DNA of 36,609 bases, taken from positions 1 through 36,609 of the forward strand of contig JAULZL010000038.1 in assembly GCA_032117355.1 (NCBI GenBank), given 5' to 3'. The position numbers and the translations under genes were made by a program. Under the pieces are notes generated by a model that was given only the letters and a program-made list of their open reading frames with translations, was not told where the DNA came from and ran no database searches. Source of the DNA: Candidatus Nanopelagicales bacterium. GTDB lineage: Bacteria > Actinomycetota > Actinomycetes > S36-B12. Every line of letters begins with the position of its first letter. Position 1 is the stretch's first letter. Shown here one piece after another: positions 18,142-23,744 of the stretch.

Positions 18142-18554
18142 GCGGCCACCTGAATCTGGCGACCAATCGCGGCAGCGGCCTCGACCACGGCGCGGCGGGT
18201 GATGGTGTCGATGTTGGCGTAGACCTGCGGGATACGAATGCCGAGGTTCACAGCGAGGCGCATGCAGTCCCCGTCATCGGTGAGCGGGTTCCATTCGGTG
18301 CTGCCCGTTACGGCGACTCGGCGGAACACGCTGTTGTACTTGAAGATAACCTGTATGCCGTTGGCAAGACCGGCGAGGCGCAGGAGCTCGAGGTCGGCAT
18401 CGGTCATGGGCTCGGTGCGCATCTGCCAGGAGAGGTTGCGCAGCGCCTCGACGAGGCAAGGCTTGACGGCCTTACGCGCCGAAGCGGTCGGCGCTTCCAA
18501 CAGGCGGTTGGTGTAGGTGATGGCAGCGGCAGCAGCCTTGGTGATGTTCCTCAT
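18138..18554 (-). CDS. Hypothetical early protein (138 aa)
   Basis: The start MRNITK is ATGA-coupled to the upstream 66-aa gene. The segment LRLAGLANGI...WNPLTDDGDCMRLAVNLGI resembles small prophage proteins of the NinX/DUF2591 type, recalled from memory only. Confidence 0.5.
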   Translation of the reverse strand: MRNITKAAAAAITYTNRLLEAPTASARKAVKPCLVEALRNLSWQMRTEPMTDADLELLRLAGLANGIQVIFKYNSVFRRVAVTGSTEWNPLTDDGDCMRLAVNLGIRIPQVYANIDTITRRAVVEAAAAIGRQIQVAA

Positions 18555-18751
18555 GACTGCACCTCTCGGGCCATGCGCAGGGCCAGCAGCATCATGCGCT
18601 GCTGGTTGCGAGCCATCGTGATGTAGGCCGTCATCTTCGGGTTCTGGCGAGCGTACTGCATCGCCTGATCGCGTCCGGCGCGGAGTTGCCCTGCGGTGAT
18701 ACCCCAGCGGATTGCGGGGGGCAGGTGGGACGGGATGGGTCGGTATCTCAT
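18551..18751 (-). CDS. First gene of the leftward early operon (66 aa), hypothetical
   Basis: The ATG at 18751 is preceded on the minus strand by CACACACACAGGGGAATTGACC (CA-repeat plus SD). It lies downstream of a TTGACA promoter. Confidence 0.45.
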   Translation of the reverse strand: MRYRPIPSHLPPAIRWGITAGQLRAGRDQAMQYARQNPKMTAYITMARNQQRMMLLALRMAREVQS

Positions 18752-18787
18752 GGTCAATTCCCCTGTGTGTGTGTGATCGACGGGTGA

Positions 18788-18817
18788 ATCCTAAACCGGC
18801 CCCAGTATCCGTGTCAA
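18788..18817 (-). promoter_or_regulatory. Candidate sigma70 leftward early promoter
   Basis: On the minus strand: TTGACA (18817-18812), an 18-nt spacer, then TAGGAT (18793-18788). It lies about 35 nt upstream of the first leftward gene. Confidence 0.5.
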
Positions 18818-18820
18818 CAC

Positions 18821-18849
18821 TTGTATCCATCTTTTTTTTGCCGTATGCT
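18821..18849 (+). promoter_or_regulatory. Candidate sigma70 rightward early promoter
   Basis: TTGTAT (18821-18826), a 17-nt spacer containing a T8 run, then TATGCT (18844-18849). It lies 25 nt upstream of the Cro-like ATG. Confidence 0.45.
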
Positions 18850-18874
18850 TCCATGCGTTAACAACGGAGGTTCT

Positions 18875-19114
18875 ATGACCATCGAGGAACTGGTTAAAAG
18901 ATACGGCAATCAGAGCGCCATCGCTCGGCGGTTCGGGGTTACCCGTGCTGCTGTGTCGCGGTGGGCGCGGGTCGGTGTGCCGGAGAAGTACGCACTGCGC
19001 GAACTGGCTGGCGAGGTTGTCGAGGAGCTGGAGTCTGGTGAGCAGTCGCGCTCGACTAGGCGGCTCATCCGCAAGATCGAGACCGGCCTGCGACCGAAGC
19101 CGGTAGATGCGTGA
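18875..19114 (+). CDS. Cro/YdaS-like HTH transcriptional regulator
   Basis: 79 aa. A GGAGG RBS lies 5 nt upstream. The HTH pattern is GNQSAIARRFGVTRAAVSRWARVGVP. Confidence 0.65.
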   Translation: MTIEELVKRYGNQSAIARRFGVTRAAVSRWARVGVPEKYALRELAGEVVEELESGEQSRSTRRLIRKIETGLRPKPVDA

Positions 19115-19419
19115 GCCGCACCGCCTACCATCAGGCGTACTACCAAGCCCACAAGGAGGCCAACAGAGCCTCTGCACGGGCGTACCAGCGTAGGCGCAGG
19201 GATCGGGAGGCCGTCATCCGAATCGTCTGCGAGGCCGTTACAGAGGCCAGAAACGACAAACCCCCTTTCGGGGGCTTGACGCGGGCGGGGGGAGGGCCCT
19301 ACTCTCGGGATGCGAATCGAGGTGTCGTGACGATAGACCGGGGGAACAGGTCTGTCAATCACCCATCTCCCAACCCCTCGACATGGGTTAAATCTGTCGG
19401 CGAAGGGCCGTTCGATTGA
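19111..19419 (+). CDS. Hypothetical ORF in the cII position (GTG start). Coding status is uncertain.
   Basis: GTGA overlap with the Cro-like gene. The N-terminus is basic and helical (AYHQAYYQAHKEANRASARAYQRRRR). The C-terminal half is low-complexity and is encoded across the antisense promoter and terminator. Confidence 0.3.
   Translation: MSRTAYHQAYYQAHKEANRASARAYQRRRRDREAVIRIVCEAVTEARNDKPPFGGLTRAGGGPYSRDANRGVVTIDRGNRSVNHPSPNPSTWVKSVGEGPFD
19249..19277 (-). terminator. Intrinsic terminator on the minus strand
   Basis: The minus strand reads AAGCCCCC-GAAA-GGGGGTTT followed by GTCGTTTCT, a GC stem with a tetraloop and a U-rich tail. On the plus strand the hairpin lacks a T tract. Confidence 0.55.
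19251..19323 (-). ncRNA. Candidate ~72-nt antisense sRNA (lambda OOP-like)
   Basis: Bounded by the promoter above and an intrinsic terminator. It contains no ORF with an RBS and is antisense to ORF 19111-19419. Confidence 0.45.
19330..19358 (-). promoter_or_regulatory. Candidate sigma70 promoter for the antisense small RNA
   Basis: On the minus strand: a perfect TTGACA (19358-19353), the 17-nt spacer GACCTGTTCCCCCGGTC, then TATCGT (19335-19330). Confidence 0.5.
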
Positions 19420-19423
19420 ACGT

Positions 19424-19450
19424 GCTGGGCATCGCTTACCAAAGCCCAGC
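19424..19450. promoter_or_regulatory. Stem-loop motif, copy 1: GCTGGGC-atcgctTACCAAA-GCCCAGC
   Basis: Perfect 7-bp GC-rich inverted repeat 5 nt after the stop of ORF 19111-19419. The loop 3' half and the 3' arm are identical to copy 2 at 23747-23777. Confidence 0.45.
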
Positions 19451-19558
19451 GGGTCTAAACAACCGTGGCTATACGGGCATTTAGGCATGACCTCGCTACC
19501 TTCCGATACATGGGGGGTAGGGGGGTCATTCCCGGGCTTCCGAGCATATGGGAAAGAG

Positions 19559-19780
19559 ATGGCTACAGACCTAGATAGGGATAGGGTGATTCGAGACTTC
19601 TGCAAGGCTATGGGTGTGAAGCCCAAGAAGCACCAGAGTCCGAAGCGCATCGCCTACGATCTGATTGCGAACAACACGAAAGACCGGCGCGGTTCAAGGT
19701 CAATCAATCAGTACCTCGATGACCACGCCGAACTCATGCGAACGCACACACACAGGAGCACACATGAACGAACTCGATGA
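19559..19780 (+). CDS. Hypothetical protein (73 aa)
   Basis: The ATG is preceded by GGGAAAGAG. The ORF overlaps the next gene by 17 nt. The upstream ATG at 19487 lacks an RBS. Confidence 0.35.
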   Translation: MATDLDRDRVIRDFCKAMGVKPKKHQSPKRIAYDLIANNTKDRRGSRSINQYLDDHAELMRTHTHRSTHERTR

Positions 19781-20279
19781 AGCATCGTGGGAGCGGTGGG
19801 TAGCCTTTCGCAAGGCCATCCGCAAACCCATCAAGCCGATCTCGGAACAGGCGATGAAGATTAAGCTCGCCCGGTTCGGGGATGACCAGTCAGCGGTAGT
19901 AGACCAGTCGATCGCAAACCAGTGGCAAGGTCTGTTTGAGATCAAGAAGTCCGCGCCGCGTCCAGGCGAGAAGCCTGAAAAGACCGACAAGCAGAAAGCC
20001 GCCGACATTGCCCGTCACGCTGAACAAGACGAGTGGGCGGCTCGAATCTGGGGCAAGCAGGAGCCGACGCCCATCCACAGGCTAAAACTCTGCGAGGCGT
20101 ACCTTGCCCGGCTGACCGTGCGCGAGCCGGATGCGGACGCGATGGAGCGCGTGAAAGACGCGGCGGCTGCTGCGATCCGTGACGCAGACCCGAAGGAGGT
20201 CATCGGCAACCCGCACCTCGCGGGGATGGTGCGGCAGTTGTTCGGCGAACGCGGCCTTGCGAGGCTGCGGAACCGATGA
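19764..20279 (+). CDS. Hypothetical early protein (171 aa), a possible replication-associated candidate by position only
   Basis: Leader CACACACAGGAGCACAC followed by ATG. The N-terminal motif is WERWVAFRKAIRKPI...QSIANQWQGLF. I recall seeing similar motifs in prophage early regions, but I cannot name a family. Confidence 0.6.
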   Translation: MNELDEASWERWVAFRKAIRKPIKPISEQAMKIKLARFGDDQSAVVDQSIANQWQGLFEIKKSAPRPGEKPEKTDKQKAADIARHAEQDEWAARIWGKQEPTPIHRLKLCEAYLARLTVREPDADAMERVKDAAAAAIRDADPKEVIGNPHLAGMVRQLFGERGLARLRNR

Positions 20280-20836
20280 CGCTCTACACGCATTCGGGTG
20301 CGCTGCCCGCCCACAGGTACATCTGGGTCGAGCCCAACGCGATCGGCCAGCACGACTGGTTGCGCGGCGTGTGGTTCGGGCTGACCTCGTGGCCCGGTCG
20401 GGCGTGGGGGTGTCATGTCCTGCTCGAAGGCGGGGCGGTGTACCGGAATGTCCCGCTGCACCAGCTCGCGCACCGCAAGACCGACGAGCTCTGGCGAGCG
20501 TCGGACGCGCAGACATGGGATGCCTACGGGTGGCAGTTTGCTGCCCTCGAATACCCGTACCTTTCCTCGATGAACGCGAGGGTGCGGCTGCAGGATCGGC
20601 GCGAGATGGCGGGCGAGTATTGGTTCACGGTGTCGCCGGTCGCCGATGCGTTTTCAGCGGTGCCAGAACAGTCGAAGGAGTTTTACTTCTGCGGACTGGA
20701 CAATGGGCGCATCACCGCGCAGCCGACGAATTATGTGCTGCTTGAGGACCGCTCGTTTACGACAACGCTCGAGTGGCCGAAGTTCCTGCGACGACAAACA
20801 GACTGGCACAGCGCGGAGGACGACAGTAATGCGTGA
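20276..20836 (+). CDS. Hypothetical protein (186 aa, Trp-rich)
   Basis: ATGA overlap with the upstream gene. Normal composition. No motif recognised. Confidence 0.6.
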   Translation: MTLYTHSGALPAHRYIWVEPNAIGQHDWLRGVWFGLTSWPGRAWGCHVLLEGGAVYRNVPLHQLAHRKTDELWRASDAQTWDAYGWQFAALEYPYLSSMNARVRLQDRREMAGEYWFTVSPVADAFSAVPEQSKEFYFCGLDNGRITAQPTNYVLLEDRSFTTTLEWPKFLRRQTDWHSAEDDSNA

Positions 20837-20942
20837 GCTCGAGATGGTGTTCCAAGTGGGGATAGCGGTCTGGCTTGCGATGCTGGCCGGTGCGCTCATC
20901 CGCATCGTCTGGATCTGCATGGAGGAGGCAAGGCGCAAATAG
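20829..20942 (+). CDS. Small membrane protein (37 aa)
   Basis: MRELEMVFQVGIAVWLAMLAGALIRIVWICMEEARRK has a single TM helix. It overlaps the upstream stop region. Confidence 0.4.
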   Translation: MRELEMVFQVGIAVWLAMLAGALIRIVWICMEEARRK

Positions 20943-20944
20943 TG

Positions 20945-20973
20945 TTGATATTAATTTGAATTGAGTTTAGTCT
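20945..20973 (+). promoter_or_regulatory. Candidate sigma70 promoter in a 58-bp AT-rich island
   Basis: TTGATA (20945-20950), a 17-nt spacer, then TAGTCT (20968-20973). This is the only strongly AT-rich intergenic patch in this part of the genome. Confidence 0.4.
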
Positions 20974-21000
20974 AATCCTGTACACACACAGGAGACGGAC

Positions 21001-21249
21001 ATGGAACTCGACGAATGGGACAAGCAGTGGCTCGCCCGCCCGCACACTGCGGATGAGTACAGAGCCGAGATCAAGAGCGCCCTGGAGCGGTGCGCGATGT
21101 ACTCGGCCCGCATCGATCGGCTCGAGGCCGAGCTCGTGAAGGTCCGCACGGCTGGCTGCGGATACCCCGACTGCCTCATCGACAACCGCTGCGCCCGGAT
21201 GTGGGCGGGCGAGTGTTCTGGGCCAAAACAACAGGAGAGGACGATATGA
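21001..21249 (+). CDS. Hypothetical protein (82 aa)
   Basis: Leader ACACACACAGGAGACGGAC followed by ATG. It has a coiled-coil-like segment and a Cys cluster (CGYPDCLIDNRC...C). Confidence 0.55.
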   Translation: MELDEWDKQWLARPHTADEYRAEIKSALERCAMYSARIDRLEAELVKVRTAGCGYPDCLIDNRCARMWAGECSGPKQQERTI

Positions 21250-21413
21250 CCCACCTTGAACTACTGACCGAAGTCCGCGACGCACTGCGCCGCCTGGACC
21301 CCGCCTGGTGCGCGACGCACGGGCAGGAACAGATCAGCGAAGAAGAGTTCGACGAGCTTGTCGGGCGCGTCGAGGATGCCGTGGAGGATGCCCAGCATGG
21401 AACGCCCGCCTGA
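21246..21413 (+). CDS. Hypothetical acidic protein (55 aa)
   Basis: ATGA-type coupling to the upstream gene. Starts MTHLELLTEVRDALRRLDP. Confidence 0.45.
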   Translation: MTHLELLTEVRDALRRLDPAWCATHGQEQISEEEFDELVGRVEDAVEDAQHGTPA

Positions 21414-21507
21414 CTTTGACGCTTTCTTCCGTTTTCTGCTTGAGGTGTTAATCGTGACAGTCGGCGTGTTCCTGTTCTTCGTGGTGCTGTTGGCGTGGAT
21501 CTCGTGA
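21397..21507 (+). CDS. Small membrane protein (36 aa)
   Basis: MERPPDFDAFFRFLLEVLIVTVGVFLFFVVLLAWIS has one TM helix. It is below the ORF-track size cut-off, so I translated it by hand. Confidence 0.4.
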   Translation: MERPPDFDAFFRFLLEVLIVTVGVFLFFVVLLAWIS

Positions 21508-21713
21508 CATGCAAGCCAGGCCGACCGCCCTCTGTCACGATGGAGCAGTACCAGCGGGTACTCGATGTAAAGGCCGCTCGTGCGGCGTTGCCGACGAATA
21601 AGGAACTCGCCCGCGAGCTCGGGGTTCCGGTGTCTACCATCATGGGTTTGCTTGGGCGCGGGCTAAAGGCGTACCAACCGAGGAAAGCGAATGGGCGCAA
21701 GTCAAAGGCGTAA
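21495..21713 (+). CDS. HTH DNA-binding protein (resolvase/Hin-type HTH only)
   Basis: The pattern KPGRPPSVTMEQYQRVLDV..TNKELARELGVPVSTIMGLL. The start codon is uncertain: GTG at 21495 or 21504, or ATG at 21540. Confidence 0.5.
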   Translation: MDLVTCKPGRPPSVTMEQYQRVLDVKAARAALPTNKELARELGVPVSTIMGLLGRGLKAYQPRKANGRKSKA

Positions 21714-22014
21714 GGGCGCAGCCGGTGAGAACGAGCTCGCCAAGATCCTGAGCGAACAGCTCGGCTGGGTGGTCAGGCGCAACATCGGTCAGGCCCGCGA
21801 CGGCGGGGACGACATCACGACCGGCCAATTCCGGTGGGAGGTCAAGCGCAGGAAGGGCATCGCCGTGCATGAATGGGTCGAGCAGGCCGTCCGTGCATCC
21901 GGTCCCGGCGACATCCCGGTCGTCGCCTGCCGGGGTGACGGCAAGGGGTGGCTCGTGGTGATGCGCCTCGAGGACGCCCTGCCGCTGATCCGTGGCGAGT
22001 TGCCGCAGCGGTAG
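21691..22014 (+). CDS. PD-(D/E)XK nuclease, putative Holliday-junction resolvase
   Basis: Contains RRKGAAGENELAKIL and GGDDI...WEVKRRK, which gives an E...D...ExK arrangement typical of Hjc/RecU-like resolvases. Confidence 0.6.
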   Translation: MGASQRRKGAAGENELAKILSEQLGWVVRRNIGQARDGGDDITTGQFRWEVKRRKGIAVHEWVEQAVRASGPGDIPVVACRGDGKGWLVVMRLEDALPLIRGELPQR

Positions 22015-22034
22015 TAGGGGGGTAGACTTGGGGC

Positions 22035-22229
22035 ATGACCGAGACTGAGCGGAAACCTTGCCTGAACTGCAACAGCAGCGGCTGGGTGGCCGATTGGTCT
22101 GGCGGGTGGGTGCGGTGTCCCGACTGTGAGCCGCCGCCCCCGCCGAAGGTCGCGGTCGAGTTCGTGCGTGGCGCGAAGGTCCGGCGCAGGGTAGTAGTTG
22201 ACAATGACTGGCCGTCGGAGGCCGCATGA
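22035..22229 (+). CDS. Zinc-finger miniprotein (64 aa)
   Basis: CLNCNSSGWV...RCPDCEPP forms two CxxC pairs in a DnaJ-like CxxCxxxG pattern. Confidence 0.5.
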   Translation: MTETERKPCLNCNSSGWVADWSGGWVRCPDCEPPPPPKVAVEFVRGAKVRRRVVVDNDWPSEAA

Positions 22230-22405
22230 AAGGCAAGAGCAAGGTCAACGAGGCTGGCAACTACACGAAGCCTGAGATGCGCAAAGGGCTTTTTAGTCAG
22301 ATCATGGCGAAGGCGACGCACGGTACGGCGGCTGGACAATGGAGCGCACGAAAGGCGCAGCTCCTGGCGAAGATGTACAAGGCCAAAGGCGGTGGTTACA
22401 AGTGA
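22226..22405 (+). CDS. Small basic protein (59 aa)
   Basis: Hand-translated: MKGKSKVNEAGNYTKPEMRKGLFSQIMAKATHGTAAGQWSARKAQLLAKMYKAKGGGYK. ATGA overlap upstream and GTGA overlap downstream. Confidence 0.55.
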   Translation: MKGKSKVNEAGNYTKPEMRKGLFSQIMAKATHGTAAGQWSARKAQLLAKMYKAKGGGYK

Positions 22406-22635
22406 AGAAGCCGCAGTTCAGCCTCAAGGTTTGGGGCGAGCAGAAGTGGCGCACCAAGAGCGGCAAGCCCTCGAGCGAGACCGGCGAGCGGTATCTGCCA
22501 GAGTCGGCAATCAAGGCTCTGAGTTCAGCCGAATATGCGGCAACCACTCGGGCGAAGCGCGAGGGTAAGGCGCAGGGCAAACAGTTTGTACCGCAGCCCA
22601 AGAAGGTTGCGGCCAAGACGGCGCGATATCGATGA
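22402..22635 (+). CDS. Small basic protein (77 aa)
   Basis: GTG start overlapping the upstream TGA. Starts VKKPQFSLKVWGEQKWRTKSGKPSSETGERYLPESAIKALS.. Confidence 0.5.
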   Translation: MKKPQFSLKVWGEQKWRTKSGKPSSETGERYLPESAIKALSSAEYAATTRAKREGKAQGKQFVPQPKKVAAKTARYR

Positions 22636-22874
22636 AGGCGCAGCTGCTCGGAGATAACGGCGACCAGGAAGGCGAGGATCTGTTCGGCTTTCGTCGCCGG
22701 AGAGGTGGTGCAATTCTGGGAGGAGCCGTCGGCAGGGTGCCAAGACTTGCGCCGAGGGCTACCGCCGGGATCGCCGCAGCGGGTCTCGGTGGTCCGTTGC
22801 CGGTTCGCGGTGGCGGTGGCGTACCGGGTGGGCCGCCGAGGCCGGTGCAGGATTATCAGGTCGAGGTGAGTTGA
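22632..22874 (+). CDS. Gly/Arg/Pro-rich small protein (80 aa), probably disordered
   Basis: Its start and stop overlap the neighbouring genes exactly on both sides. The composition is unusual, so coding status is uncertain. Confidence 0.35.
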   Translation: MKAQLLGDNGDQEGEDLFGFRRRRGGAILGGAVGRVPRLAPRATAGIAAAGLGGPLPVRGGGGVPGGPPRPVQDYQVEVS

Positions 22875-23170
22875 TGAAGACCCCAGCATGGCAGCGCAAG
22901 GCAGGGCAAAACCCGAAGGGCGGTCTCAACGAGGCCGGTCGCCGCTCTGCCAAGACCGAGGGGATGAACCTCAAGGCTCCGGTCAAGTCAGGGGACAACC
23001 CGAGACGCGCCAGCTTCCTCGCCCGGATGGGCAACGCTCCCGGCCCGATGGTCGGGAAGGACGGCAAGCCGACACGCCTCGCCCTCGCCCTCAAGGCATG
23101 GGGAGCGAGCTCGAAGGAAGACGCCAAGGCGAAGGCCAAGGCGATCAGCAACCGCAATAAGGGGAAGTGA
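22874..23170 (+). CDS. Small basic protein (98 aa)
   Basis: [46 protein letters not shown].. I recall seeing similar small proteins in phage genomes, but I cannot name a family. Confidence 0.55.
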   Translation: MKTPAWQRKAGQNPKGGLNEAGRRSAKTEGMNLKAPVKSGDNPRRASFLARMGNAPGPMVGKDGKPTRLALALKAWGASSKEDAKAKAKAISNRNKGK

Positions 23171-23172
23171 CC

Positions 23173-23343
23173 ATGCCGCTCAAGAAGGGATACAGCCAGA
23201 AGACCATCTCGCGGAACATCTCAGCCGAAGTCCGCGCCGGTCGCCCCCAGAAGCAGGCGGTGGCGATTGCACTAGACACGGCTCGCAAAACAGCCAAGAG
23301 CGCCGGTAAGGGAATGGCAGCACGCAAGCTGATGGCGAAGTGA
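23173..23343 (+). CDS. Small basic protein (56 aa)
   Basis: Hand-translated: [56 protein letters not shown]. 14 of 56 residues are K or R. Its stop overlaps the terS ATG. Confidence 0.5.
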   Translation: MPLKKGYSQKTISRNISAEVRAGRPQKQAVAIALDTARKTAKSAGKGMAARKLMAK

Positions 23344-23744
23344 TGCCAGGAGGCAGACCGTCGATCTACACGCAGGAATTGGCAGACCGCATCTGTGAGC
23401 GGCTGGCATCCGGCGAGTCCCTGCGGGCTATTTGTGGGGATGACGGGATGCCGGTGTGGTCAACCATCGGTAAGTGGTTGAAAGAAAAGCCGGAGTTTTC
23501 GGCGCAATACGCACGCGCACGCGAGGATCAGGCCGAGGCTCACGCCGACCGCATCATCGAGATCGCGGACGACGAGACCATCGACGCGAACCACAAGCGC
23601 ATCATGGTAGACGCTCGCAAGTGGGTAGCCTCCAAGCTCAAGCCCAAGCGGTACGGCGACAAGCTCGACCTCGAGCACAAGGGTGAGGTCGGTCTGACGG
23701 TGGTCGTGAAGCGGTTCTCGGATGTCGATAATCCTACCGGCTAA
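23343..23744 (+). CDS. terS: Terminase small subunit
   Basis: The pattern GRPSIYTQELADRICERLASGESLRAICGDDGMPVWSTIGKWL..EFSAQYARAREDQAEAHADRIIEIADD is a typical phage TerS N-terminal HTH pattern. It lies directly upstream of terL. Confidence 0.7.
   Translation: MPGGRPSIYTQELADRICERLASGESLRAICGDDGMPVWSTIGKWLKEKPEFSAQYARAREDQAEAHADRIIEIADDETIDANHKRIMVDARKWVASKLKPKRYGDKLDLEHKGEVGLTVVVKRFSDVDNPTG

Noticed and set aside
18555-18854. An N-terminal extension of ORF 18138-18854, giving the 238-aa version.
   Set aside because: The extension is His/Arg/Pro/Thr-rich and runs through the promoter region and the separate 66-aa gene. The internal ATG at 18554 is ATGA-coupled to that gene, which fits the operon packing.
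19139-19152. A third partial copy of the TACCAAAGCCCA motif (CTACCAAGCCCACAAGG).
   Set aside because: It lacks one A and has no complementary GCTGGGC arm nearby. It is too short to distinguish from chance.
19259-19277. The CCCCC-TTTC-GGGGG hairpin could be a rightward terminator after cro (tR1-like).
   Set aside because: On the + strand it is followed by CTTGACGCGG with no T tract. The U-rich tail exists only on the minus strand, so I assign it to the antisense unit. Weak bidirectional activity cannot be excluded.
19395-19420. A GTTCGATTG sequence resembles a tRNA T-loop, so I considered a possible tRNA in the early intergenic region.
   Set aside because: The flanking bases do not form a T-stem, and no acceptor or anticodon arms can be drawn. 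I saw no other tRNA-like cloverleaf in the window.
19487-19558. The ATG at 19487 as the start of ORF 19487-19780.
   Set aside because: There is no Shine-Dalgarno sequence upstream, and the G-run region (GGGGGGTAGGGGGG) would be translated into an odd Gly-rich peptide. The ATG at 19559 has a GGGAAAGAG RBS.
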